Shown here: positions 19,591 to 28,202 of the stretch, in pieces
Numbering within the stretch: position 1 is the stretch's first letter
Layout of the letters: the number at the start of each line of letters is the position of its first letter
DNA from: Candidatus Spongiisociaceae bacterium
GTDB lineage: Bacteria > Actinomycetota > Acidimicrobiia > Spongiisociales > Spongiisociaceae
Assembly (NCBI GenBank): GCA_965219685.1
Contig: CBDCOH010000002.1
Location: forward strand, 608,001-672,000
Length of the DNA: 64,000 bases
Reading direction: 5' to 3'
The notes under the pieces: model-generated
Seen by the model: only the letters and a program-made list of their open reading frames with translations
Told to the model about the DNA's origin: nothing
The model's database searches: none
Program-made: the position numbers and the translations under genes

Positions 19591-22059
19591 GTGTCTGAAC
19601 ATACAGTCCGCGGCAGTATCGGCGAACGAGAGGTGGTCATTTCCACCGGCAAGATGGCCCTGCAGGCAAACGGGGCGGTGCGGGTTTCGATGGGTGGGAC
19701 GGAAGCCCTGGTTACTGCCACTGCCAACAAGAAGCCCAGGGAGTCGGTGGACTTCTTCCCGCTTACCATCGACGTTGAGGAGCGCATGTACGCCGTGGGC
19801 AAGATCCCCGGCTCCTTCTTCCGGAGGGAGGGACGGGCCACCGAACGAGCCACCCTCAGTGCACGCCTCATAGATCGCCCGCTACGGCCCTCGTTTCGCA
19901 ACGGATATCGCAACGACACCCATGTGGTGGTGACCGTGTTGCAGGTCGACGGGGAGAACGCGTACGACGTCCTCGCTCTGAACGGCGCCTCCGCGGCGCT
20001 GACTCTCAGCGATCTCCCATTCGACGGACCGATCGGTGCGGTTCGGCTCGGCTTGAAGGATGGGGACTGGATTCCCTTCCCCACCTTTACCGAACTCGAG
20101 GAGTGCGTGTTCGATCTGGTCGTGGCCGGTCGGCGCGGTAGTTCGGGCGAGGTGGACATAGTCATGGTCGAGGCCGGGGCGACCGAAACTGCCATGGACC
20201 TTATCTCGGGTGGCCAGGCCCCGCCGGACGAGCAGACCGTCGCGGGGGGCTTGGAGGTGGCCAAGGGTCACATCGGCACCCTCGTGGATCTGCAGTCGGA
20301 CTTGCAGTCGATGGCGGGCAAGGAAGTGGGGGAGTGGCCCGCGTTCCTCGACTACACGGATGAGATCTACGAACAGGTTCATGCGCTGGTCGGTGACGGG
20401 GTGGCCGAGATGACCCAGGTCACCGACAAGACCGAGCGCAAGGGCGCCGAGTCGGTTCTCCGCGAGCAGGTGGTCAACCTCTTCGAGCAACGGGACGAGC
20501 CCGAACTGGTGCCCCAAGGAGTCAAGGCACTGAAGGCAGTGGTCAAGAAGACGATGCGCGATCGTATCCTTGATGAGGGCATCCGGATGGACGGTCGCAC
20601 CAGCACCGAGATCAGGCCTCTCGCCGCCGAGGTCAACGTTCTCGGCCGCGCCCACGGGTCCGCTCTCTTCACTCGGGGCGAGACGCAGGTGCTGAACGTG
20701 CTGACGCTCGGCATGCCCCGCATGGAGCAACTCCTCGACACGATCAGCAACGAGGAGAGCAAACGGTACATGCACCACTACAACTTCCCGCCCTACTCCA
20801 CCGGCGAGGCCGGTTTCATGCGAGGCCCCAAGAGGCGCGAGATCGGTCACGGCGCCCTCGCGGAGAAGGCGGTGAAGCCGGTCGTTCCCCAGGGCGACGA
20901 GTTCCAGTACACCCTGCGCCTGGTATCCGAGGTGCTCTCCTCGAACGGATCCTCGTCTATGGCTTCGGTCTGCGGATCCTCCCTGTCCCTCATGGATGCG
21001 GGGATCGGCATCTCCGCGCCTGTTGCGGGGATAGCCATGGGCTTGATCGCCAAGGGCGACCGTTACGTGACTCTCACCGACATCCTGGGGGCAGAGGATG
21101 CCCTCGGCGATATGGACTTCAAGGTGGCTGGAACGGCCGATGTGATCACCGCGCTCCAACTCGATATGAAGATCGACGGTCTGCCGTCCGATGTCTTGGC
21201 GGAGGCCCTTTCACAGGCCAAGGAGGCACGCGTGCAGGTCCTCGACGTGATGCTGGGCGCCATTCCCGAACCGCGCCGGCAACTCAAGGAGCACGCGCCC
21301 CGGGTGGAGACGGTTCAGATACCGGTCGACAAGATCGGTGACATCATCGGCCCGAAGGGCAAGATCATCCGCGAGTTGGAGCAGGTTACGGGCGCGACGA
21401 TCGAAGTACAGGACGACGGTACGGTCTTGGTGTCTTCGAGCGACGGTACCTCCCTCGACGATGCGATGGGTCGGGTCAAGGAGATTGCCTTCCCGCCCAC
21501 ACCGGAAGTGGATAAGCAGTACGAAGGGAAGGTGGTGAGCATCACCGACTTCGGGGCCTTCGTGAACATTCTCCCGGGTCGTGACGGTCTCCTTCATATC
21601 TCCAAGCTGGACAGCACTCGACATGTCCGCCGCGTGGGTGACTACCTGTCGGAAGGTGACACCCTCAACGTGGTTGTCGATGCCATCGATCGCATCGGCA
21701 AGGTGTCGCTGAAGGTGACTTCGGACCTTGAGCCCAAGCCAGGCGCCCAAGTCGCCAAGGCCGGAGCCGGGGGCGGCCGTGGCCGTGGCGGTGGTGGCCG
21801 TGGTGGCGGTGGCCGTGGCGGTGGTGGCCGTGGCGGTGGTGGCCGTGGTGGCGGTGGCCGTGGTGGCGGTGGCCGTGGTGGCGGTGGCCGTGGCGGTGGT
21901 GGCCGTGGTGGCGGTGGCCGTCCCAGCGGCAGGAGCCGGGACCGATCACGCGGCTCCGGCAACAGGGGCCGACCCGATGGTAATCGGCGCAGCTCCGGCA
22001 CTGGTCCCGGGCGCCGCCGGTTCGCCTCGTTCGAGGACGCCTTCAAAGAAGGGATCTGA
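19591..22059 (+). CDS. pnp: Polyribonucleotide nucleotidyltransferase with Gly/Arg-rich C-terminal tail
   Basis: DFFPLTID, RLIDRPLRP, RREIGHGALAE, SNGSSSMAS, GDMDFKVAG, KH and S1 domains; GTG 19591 follows AAGGAG. Confidence 0.99.
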   Translation: MSEHTVRGSIGEREVVISTGKMALQANGAVRVSMGGTEALVTATANKKPRESVDFFPLTIDVEERMYAVGKIPGSFFRREGRATERATLSARLIDRPLRPSFRNGYRNDTHVVVTVLQVDGENAYDVLALNGASAALTLSDLPFDGPIGAVRLGLKDGDWIPFPTFTELEECVFDLVVAGRRGSSGEVDIVMVEAGATETAMDLISGGQAPPDEQTVAGGLEVAKGHIGTLVDLQSDLQSMAGKEVGEWPAFLDYTDEIYEQVHALVGDGVAEMTQVTDKTERKGAESVLREQVVNLFEQRDEPELVPQGVKALKAVVKKTMRDRILDEGIRMDGRTSTEIRPLAAEVNVLGRAHGSALFTRGETQVLNVLTLGMPRMEQLLDTISNEESKRYMHHYNFPPYSTGEAGFMRGPKRREIGHGALAEKAVKPVVPQGDEFQYTLRLVSEVLSSNGSSSMASVCGSSLSLMDAGIGISAPVAGIAMGLIAKGDRYVTLTDILGAEDALGDMDFKVAGTADVITALQLDMKIDGLPSDVLAEALSQAKEARVQVLDVMLGAIPEPRRQLKEHAPRVETVQIPVDKIGDIIGPKGKIIRELEQVTGATIEVQDDGTVLVSSSDGTSLDDAMGRVKEIAFPPTPEVDKQYEGKVVSITDFGAFVNILPGRDGLLHISKLDSTRHVRRVGDYLSEGDTLNVVVDAIDRIGKVSLKVTSDLEPKPGAQVAKAGAGGGRGRGGGGRGGGGRGGGGRGGGGRGGGGRGGGGRGGGGRGGGGRGGGGRPSGRSRDRSRGSGNRGRPDGNRRSSGTGPGRRRFASFEDAFKEGI
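21781..21921 (+). repeat. Coding 15-bp tandem repeat x9 (GGCCGTGG[C/T]GG[T/C]GGT) encoding (GRGGG)9
   Basis: Read directly from the sequence within pnp. Confidence 0.97.
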
Positions 22060-22067
22060 GCCGGCCG

Positions 22068-22117
22068 GGTGGCTGGTGGCTGGTGGCCCAGTCTGAGACC
22101 CCTGACCCCTGACAAAC
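22068..22117 (+). repeat. Short heptamer runs: GGTGGCT x2 plus GGTGGCC, then GACCCCT x2
   Basis: Read directly; lies between the pnp stop and a TATCCT -10 box. Confidence 0.6.
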
Positions 22118-22131
22118 TATCCTGCTAGAGG

Positions 22132-22998
22132 ATGCCGGAGCTTCCTGATGTGGTGGTCTATCTGGAGGCCTTCGATCGTTTCATCGGAGGCCGATCCATC
22201 GAGCGGGTCCGCGTCACATCGGTTTCCCTCCTGCGAACCTACGATCCACCCCTCCACACCGTCGAGGGACGGAGCGTCATCGGGTTGTCGCGCATGGGCA
22301 AGCGGGTGGTCTGGGAACTGGACAACGACATGTTCATGGTGTTCCACCTGATGATCGCCGGCCGATTCCGGTGGAGAAACCGGGGTGCCGCGGTGCCTCG
22401 CAAGGTCGGGCATGCGGGCTTCGACTTTGCGAACGGCACGGTCATCCTCACCGAACAGGGCAGCAAGAAGCGAGCTTCGCTGCATGTCCATCGCGGTAGG
22501 GAGGCGTTGGATATGCATGAGAGGGGCGGTGTGGAGCCACTGGAGGCGGGTCTACCCGCCTTTGCCGCCGCCCTAACACGGGAGAACCGCACTCTGAAGC
22601 GCGCTCTCACCGATCCGCGTATCTTCTCGGGTATAGGCAACGCCTATTCGGACGAGATCCTCCACCGTGCCGGCCTGTCGCCGGTCAAACTCACCGGGCG
22701 TCTTACCGACTCGGAGGTGGCCCGCCTCCACGCCGCAACCAAGAGTTCGCTCACCGAGTGGATCGGGAGGTTGCGGGACGAGGTGGGGGAGGGGTTCCCC
22801 GAGAAGGTAACCGCATTCCGACCCGAGATGGCGGTCCATGGCAAGTACAAGGAGTCCTGCCCGGTGTGTGGGGACACCGTCAGGAGGATCGTGTACGCCT
22901 TTAACGAGACCAACTACTGCGCTACCTGCCAGACAGGTGGCCGGATCTTGGCCGACCGGGCATTGTCACGGCTTCTCAAGGAGGATTGGCCCCGGTGA
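22132..22998 (+). CDS. Fpg/Nei family DNA glycosylase/AP lyase
   Basis: N-terminal MPELPDV, SGIGNAYSDEIL (H2TH), zinc finger CPVC...CATCQ. Confidence 0.93.
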   Translation: MPELPDVVVYLEAFDRFIGGRSIERVRVTSVSLLRTYDPPLHTVEGRSVIGLSRMGKRVVWELDNDMFMVFHLMIAGRFRWRNRGAAVPRKVGHAGFDFANGTVILTEQGSKKRASLHVHRGREALDMHERGGVEPLEAGLPAFAAALTRENRTLKRALTDPRIFSGIGNAYSDEILHRAGLSPVKLTGRLTDSEVARLHAATKSSLTEWIGRLRDEVGEGFPEKVTAFRPEMAVHGKYKESCPVCGDTVRRIVYAFNETNYCATCQTGGRILADRALSRLLKEDWPR

Positions 22999-23050
22999 TC
23001 GTGCCCGGGCGGGATTGACAGGGCGTCGGGATCCCGGCAGCCGTTCTCGC

Positions 23051-24046
23051 TCAGGTGGCGGCGGCCGCCTCGCGTAGGGCGGGGAGTACGTCGGCGCCCA
23101 GTAACCCGATGAGGCCTTCCTGGTCGACCGAGGCCATCTGGATGGTCACCACATCGGCGTTGATGTCCTCGATGAGGGGTAGGTAGATGTCGATGATCTC
23201 CTGGGCTCGAGAAGCGCGGGCGTAGCGGCCCAGAACCTCTTCGCGCGGTAGTTCGTCCGCTCGCCGGCGGAGGGTGGTAGGGTCGACCGCCTGCAGGCGC
23301 CCGGGCGCCCGCAGTCCTCGCCACGGGTACAGGGCCTCCCATGCCTCCTCGTCGCTCGCAGCCATGATCGCCCATCGGGTAGTGAGGGCCGTCGGTGCGG
23401 GTCGGCCGGCCTCGGCCGCGGCCTGCGCGGCCGGGTCGATCACGCGCTCCCTCGCCACCGCAGGATCCTTCACCGACACGATGAAGCCGTCCGCCAACCG
23501 GCCCGCGAGCCCGGCCGACTTAGGGCCACCTGCCGCCAGCAGGATGGGCACCCGGGAGTTGGCCGGCGAATAGAGCCTGGCCCGATCGGTTACGTAGTAG
23601 TCGCCGGCGTAGGAGAGCTTCTCGCCGTCCAGCAGCCGGCGCATGATCTCAAGCGCCTCGGTCATCCGCGCGGCACGCTCGGCATACTTGGGGAAGTGGT
23701 AGCCCAGCGGGCCCTCGTTGATGTTCTCACCTGTCCCCACGCCGAGGATGAACCGCCCTCCACTCAAACGGTCGAGGGTTGCGGCCGCCTGCGCGACGAT
23801 GGCGGGATGGAACCTCCAGAGCGGGGTCGTCACGCCGGTGGCGATCTCCAGGCGCTCGGTGGCTTGCGCTATGGCTCCAAGCGTCGAGAAGGCGAACCCG
23901 GAGGCGGACGCATCATCCACCCACGGATGGAAGTGCTCGGAGACCACCACCATGTCGAACCCGGCCTGCTCCACTAGTTGAGCGTGACGGACGAGTTCCT
24001 CGGGGTGCCACTGTTCATGGCCACAGAAGTACGCAAAGCGGGTCAT
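23051..24046 (-). CDS. LLM-class oxidoreductase, probably F420-dependent (G6PDH-like subfamily)
   Basis: HEQW.P..L, SEHFHPW, TGVTTP, AQAAATL, LGVGTGENINE. Confidence 0.85.
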   Translation of the reverse strand: MTRFAYFCGHEQWHPEELVRHAQLVEQAGFDMVVVSEHFHPWVDDASASGFAFSTLGAIAQATERLEIATGVTTPLWRFHPAIVAQAAATLDRLSGGRFILGVGTGENINEGPLGYHFPKYAERAARMTEALEIMRRLLDGEKLSYAGDYYVTDRARLYSPANSRVPILLAAGGPKSAGLAGRLADGFIVSVKDPAVARERVIDPAAQAAAEAGRPAPTALTTRWAIMAASDEEAWEALYPWRGLRAPGRLQAVDPTTLRRRADELPREEVLGRYARASRAQEIIDIYLPLIEDINADVVTIQMASVDQEGLIGLLGADVLPALREAAAAT

Positions 24047-24081
24047 GGAGAGATATCGCCTTCCGGGTGGGGGTTATGTGC

Positions 24082-24183
24082 CTAAGTCGGCCACATGTAT
24101 AGCAGGACCATGACGCCGACGAACAAAGCTGCCGCAAGGACGATGCCCCACCGGGCGGGGTGGGAGGGATCGGAAGATTTCAT
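24082..24183 (-). CDS. Putative 33-aa single-pass membrane peptide (MKSSDPSHPARWGIVLAAALFVGVMVLLYMWPT)
   Basis: ATG-to-TAG ORF with one hydrophobic helix; TATGCT -10 box 7 nt before ATG; below ORF-track size cutoff. Confidence 0.5.
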   Translation of the reverse strand: MKSSDPSHPARWGIVLAAALFVGVMVLLYMWPT

Positions 24184-24346
24184 ACCCCGTAGCATAGGAG
24201 GCTGCAGAGAAACTATCTAACGGGGTTCACTGCTCGGTAGGTCACCCGATAACAAGGTTGTTACTTGCCGGCGAACCCCTTTGGGCGGGCTATTTCAACC
24301 CCCTCCTGGACTCCGCCCTGGGCCTCACGGCGACACCGAGTTGCTC

Positions 24347-25039
24347 CTACCACACGGGCCAAGGGAGCGGGGGTCTGTCCGTGGGAGGGACCGGATGGAT
24401 CGGATGCGACAGGAGGTTTCTCACCCGGGCCACCAGCGCGTCCGCTTCCCGTTCTGTGAGCAGTTCCATGGTCCTGGAGTGGAGACCGTTGTCCAGTTCC
24501 CCTTCAAGCCGCCGGACCGCGGCGACCATGTCTCCCGGCAGTTGTAGGCCCGAGAATCCCCACATGACCGTACGGAGTTTCGGGTCGGGGTGAAGGGTCA
24601 CTCCGTGGTCTATGCACCACAGATGCCCCGACCGGTCCGCGAGCACGTGTCCGGCCTTGCGATCGGCGTTGTTGATCAGCAAATCGAGGGTAACGACCGG
24701 CCAAAGGCTGGCATCTGCCTGGTTGATCAGGGCCGCGGCGTCGAATTGCTCGTCAGCCTCCACGAACTTCTGGGCGGAGCCGGGGCCGAAGGGACCTTCC
24801 ACCTCCCGCGTCTCGGGTACCGAGTCAAGGCCGGCCGCTTCGGAGATCTCGAAGGTCAGGACCTCGCGGACCGGCAACGTCCGGCAGTCGAAGTCGTAGA
24901 GCGGTCGCTGGCCTCGTTCGGGCTTGTACACGACGAGTTGGCCTGTGGCGGTTGCGGCGAGCAAGGTGGCGTTGGAGGCGTTGCGAAACTGTCCGAGAAC
25001 TTCGGCGATTCTCCATTCACCCGTCGCCTGAGCGGTCAC
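24347..25039 (-). CDS. SCO1664 family PI3/4-kinase-like protein
   Basis: ASNAT, VYKP..GQRPLYDF, REV, NNADRKAGH, IDHG, KLRTVMWGF, PLPWP; GTG start overlaps upstream stop. Confidence 0.88.
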   Translation of the reverse strand: MTAQATGEWRIAEVLGQFRNASNATLLAATATGQLVVYKPERGQRPLYDFDCRTLPVREVLTFEISEAAGLDSVPETREVEGPFGPGSAQKFVEADEQFDAAALINQADASLWPVVTLDLLINNADRKAGHVLADRSGHLWCIDHGVTLHPDPKLRTVMWGFSGLQLPGDMVAAVRRLEGELDNGLHSRTMELLTEREADALVARVRNLLSHPIHPVPPTDRPPLPWPVW

Positions 25040-25542
25040 CCCGGCAGGCGGTGGCCGTTGCCGGAGGGACATTGGTGCCCCTCGGGATCTTCCGGCAGGA
25101 GGCAGTCCGGACACTGGGCGCGTCCCGAATGCACAGTCCTGAGAGACAGGATGGCGGCCGCTCTCAACTGCTCCGCAGTGATCGCGAAAACGACACGTTC
25201 CTCTTGCCCATCGCCTTCGAGCATGACGGTCATCCGTTCCCGGCTGTCGATTCTCATCGCGATCGAACGGACCCGGAGGATCACATCCTCGGGACCGGAG
25301 GGTGGTGGTAGCTCATCGATACCAGACACGAGGCCTTCGACCTCGTCCTCGTCGATTGTCCAGCCGAGGTTGGAAAGCAACTCGAGACCCTGCTCACCGA
25401 GTGCCGCGGCTTGGCCCTTCTCGAACTTGAACCAGGTTAGGACACCTTCGGACTCGATGAAGATGTAAAAGGTCCGCTTGCCCGGCTCACCGATAGCCCC
25501 CACCAGGAAACGGCTCACCCGCCCGAAGTCGCGACCGCTCAC
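25036..25542 (-). CDS. DUF3090 family protein
   Basis: GAIGEPGKRTF, EKGQ..AL, GR..CP.C..P.DPEGH.CP..NGH. Confidence 0.85.
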   Translation of the reverse strand: MSGRDFGRVSRFLVGAIGEPGKRTFYIFIESEGVLTWFKFEKGQAAALGEQGLELLSNLGWTIDEDEVEGLVSGIDELPPPSGPEDVILRVRSIAMRIDSRERMTVMLEGDGQEERVVFAITAEQLRAAAILSLRTVHSGRAQCPDCLLPEDPEGHQCPSGNGHRLPG

Positions 25543-26141
25543 TCTTCCACTCCCGTGGTGTTTATCGAAGCTACGACAGGGGCCTCGTCCCCGTCCAACC
25601 GCAGGTCCGAGATCGAGGTGGTGGATATCCTGAGGCACTGGAAGAGATCCAGCGGTTGGCCCAGGAAGTGGGAGAGAACCAGTTTGATGGTGTCACTGTG
25701 GCTCACGACCACCACGGTGCTCCCAGTCCGCTCCCGGGCGATCCGGCGGACCGACTCCACCGCTCTTACCTGGGCCTGCGCGAAGGACTCGCCCTCCGGG
25801 AACCGGAACTTCGAAGGTCTCGACTGGACGGTCTTCCATAGTTCCGTCTGCCGGAGCGAATCGAGGGTCTGACCGGTCCAAGACCCGAAGTCGATCTCGG
25901 TGATTCCCGGCTCGATGATCGGCGACAGTCGGTGGGGTCGAGCCAGGATCCGGGCTGTCTCCATGGTGCGTTCGATCGGCGAACTGTAGATTGCCGCAAC
26001 CTTGAGGCTGGCAAGGGCCTGGGCGGCGCCGAGTGCGGCTCTCTCACCATCCGGCCCGAGGGAAACGCCCGGGAGGCGCCCGGTGAGGCGGGTCCCCGTC
26101 TCCTCGGTGGGCGCGTGGCGGACCAGCAGGATGCGTGTCAT
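25539..26141 (-). CDS. Histidine phosphatase (MSMEG_4193-type putative phosphomutase)
   Basis: LLVRHA, YSSPIER..ETA, EIDFGSW.G, VSHSD.IK. Confidence 0.88.
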   Translation of the reverse strand: MTRILLVRHAPTEETGTRLTGRLPGVSLGPDGERAALGAAQALASLKVAAIYSSPIERTMETARILARPHRLSPIIEPGITEIDFGSWTGQTLDSLRQTELWKTVQSRPSKFRFPEGESFAQAQVRAVESVRRIARERTGSTVVVVSHSDTIKLVLSHFLGQPLDLFQCLRISTTSISDLRLDGDEAPVVASINTTGVEE

Positions 26142-26160
26142 TGCCTCCAAGGCTAGACGA

Positions 26161-26328
26161 GTAGTTCCTAGTTAGTAGTTGCTAGTTGCTAGTTGGCGAT
26201 TCGTGGTTAGCGTTGGATTGGGTCGTGTTCCGGCCTACGAATGGCTATCCGAGTTCCATGTCGCGCCGAGTGGTACCTGACCAAACAGCAGGTGGAGGGA
26301 GCCGCGGCAAGCGAGATCGATGTATACG
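26161..26328 (-). repeat. Second copy of the dispersed ~170-bp element
   Basis: Reverse complement aligns by eye with 18817-18985; contains CTAGTTG heptamers on +. Confidence 0.7.
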
Positions 26329-26456
26329 AGTTGTGCTGTTACTGTCAGTCGTTGTGTACCGATAGTTCAGTAGGACTGGTTCTGGTGGGATGGCTTGGAA
26401 CTACCTACTCGTCTAGTGATCTGGCGACTGACTGATGATGGCGATCACTGAACGGA

Positions 26457-27137
26457 TCAGAACAACTCGGTCGGCGGGGCGATGTTCTGCGGGCTGTTGT
26501 TCCTCACACTGTTGACCACGGTGGAGACCGGATGGTGGGAGATCTGGGCTGAGGGTGCCGCCTCCAACATGGGAACGACCGCTTCGGGTGACCGCACGTC
26601 CCGGTCGAGCCACAGGCCCCAGTGTTGTCGCCCGAGGATCACCGGCATGCGCGTGTGTATGGACGCCAGCAAGCCGTTGGCTCGCGTCGTGATGATGGCG
26701 CAACTCCGGGTCCATTCCCTCGTCTCCGGGTCTCGCCACGACGACCAGATGCCGGCGAAGGCCATCGGGCGACGGTCGGCCATGGTCACGTAGTGGGGAC
26801 GCCGTCCCTGGTCCTTCGGACCCCACTCGAAGAATCCGCCGGCGGGGATGAGGCAGCGCTTGCGGCGCAGCGAGTCGCGGAAGGCCGGGCGGGTGGCGAC
26901 CGTCTCGCTCCTGGCATTGATGTTGAGCGGACCCTTGCGGTCGCGCGCCCAGTGGGGGATCAGTCCCCAGCGGAACACACCCAGCATTCGTTCCCCCTGG
27001 TGTTCGGCTACCCCGTACACCTCGTCGGTCGGCGCCACGTTGTAGCTGTACGCCAGCGGGTCGGTAACGATGCGGTCCACCCCGAAGTAGTCGCCCAGGA
27101 ATCCTGCGTCCTCGTTGATGACGAAGCGTCCGCACAT
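26457..27137 (-). CDS. SOS response-associated peptidase (SRAP/YedK/HMCES family)
   Basis: MCGRF start (catalytic Cys2), YNVAPT, WGLIP.W, INARSET, GFFEW, IH.RMPVIL. Confidence 0.95.
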   Translation of the reverse strand: MCGRFVINEDAGFLGDYFGVDRIVTDPLAYSYNVAPTDEVYGVAEHQGERMLGVFRWGLIPHWARDRKGPLNINARSETVATRPAFRDSLRRKRCLIPAGGFFEWGPKDQGRRPHYVTMADRRPMAFAGIWSSWRDPETREWTRSCAIITTRANGLLASIHTRMPVILGRQHWGLWLDRDVRSPEAVVPMLEAAPSAQISHHPVSTVVNSVRNNSPQNIAPPTELF

Positions 27138-27219
27138 GCTCGGGAACAGCGTACCGCGGGTCGGTCGGGACCGGGTTCTACGGGGTCGAACGCTCGGTGA
27201 CACCGCTAGCCTTCGGAGC

Positions 27220-27604
27220 GGCGAGTTCGCCAGACGGCCGCGGTTGTCGTAGACAGCCGAGGAAAGTCCGGACTCCACAGGACAGGGAGCTGGGTAACAC
27301 CCAGGCGGGGCGACCCGACGGAAAGTGCCGCAGAAACCAGACCGCCGATGGAGGGAAGACAGGTGTGACCAACACTCGTCCTCCTGCACAGGCAAGGGTG
27401 AAACGGTGGTGTAAGAGACCACCAGCGCCCCGGGTGACCGGGGTGGCTGGTAAACCCCTCCTGGAGCAAGGTCGAGCAGAGGCGCCGGTGGTCCGCCGAC
27501 CAAGCCTCGGGTGGACCGCACCGAGGCCTGACGGTAACGCAGGCCCCAGATGGATGGCCGTCGCCCGTAGAGGGTACAGAATCCGGCTTACCGGTGGACT
27601 CGCC
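27220..27604 (+). ncRNA. rnpB: RNase P RNA, class A
   Basis: GAGGAAAGTCCGGACTCC, GGAAAGTGCCGCAGAAA, GGGTGAAACGGTGGTGTAAGAGACCACC, ACAGAATCCGGCTTA; P1 ends GGCGAGTTCGCC/GGTGGACTCGCC; TAGCCT -10 upstream. Confidence 0.97.
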
Positions 27605-27608
27605 CTTC

Positions 27609-27642
27609 GTGGTGAGTGGTGAATGGTGAATGGTGAATGGTG
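27609..27642 (+). repeat. Heptamer array GGTGAGT, GGTGAAT x3 immediately 3' of rnpB
   Basis: Read directly from the sequence. Confidence 0.9.
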
Positions 27643-27703
27643 TTCACGAGCAGACCGGCGAACTATCCCAACGTTAACTAGCAACTAGCTGCAAGCCACC
27701 ATC

Positions 27704-28087
27704 TCATTGCCTTCCTCCCAGGGCGCCGCCCCAGAAACCGAGCGCGGCTGCTACGACTGCGAACACAACCAGGGGGAGAGGTCCGGCGGGGCTGCCGGAT
27801 ACCAGGCTGAGGGAGGCGATCACTGCGAAGAGTCCGAGGGCGGCCAGGCTTCCGTTGAGTCCGGACGCGCCCGACCTACCCAGTCGCCCCGCCACGTAGC
27901 CGCCCATGAACTCGCTGGCCAGCAGGGATATGGAAAGTACGGCCCACGTGCCCGTCTCGCCTGTCGACCAACCCACCCTCTCGCCCAGCCAGAGGAGGGT
28001 GGTCCCGAGGAACCCGGCCACCGCCATCAGCAGCAGACCGGCAACCGCCCCGAATGCAGCAGCCGCCCAACCGATCGATGCCTGCAA
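27704..28087 (-). CDS. Small multi-pass membrane protein, function unknown
   Basis: Four hydrophobic segments with GGYVAGR motif; TTG start after GGAGG. Confidence 0.6.
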   Translation of the reverse strand: MQASIGWAAAAFGAVAGLLLMAVAGFLGTTLLWLGERVGWSTGETGTWAVLSISLLASEFMGGYVAGRLGRSGASGLNGSLAALGLFAVIASLSLVSGSPAGPLPLVVFAVVAAALGFWGGALGGRQ

Positions 28088-28202
28088 GCCGTCCTCCCTC
28101 CGCTCGGCCAAACATGCGTCCGGAGCCGAATCATTCCTGAAACTAGTAGGGATGTGGACGGGTCTAAACCCCAGAGAAACAGACACGGAAAGGGAGGTCC
28201 AG

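Noticed and set aside
21642-22115. Pro-rich, His-rich and Val/Ala-rich ORFs over the pnp tail
   Set aside because: Alternative-frame and antisense shadows of the 15-bp repeat.
26241-26435. 64-aa Cys-containing ORF
   Set aside because: No recognisable motif, atypical codon usage, and overlaps the dispersed repeat element.
27186-27201. LexA box upstream of the SRAP gene (TCGAAC...)
   Set aside because: Only one half-site matches CGAAC-N4-GTTCG.
27178-27684. ORFs overlapping 27220-27604, including the long 5' extension of the SRAP ORF
   Set aside because: The region is RNase P RNA; SRAP must start at MCGRF to expose Cys2.
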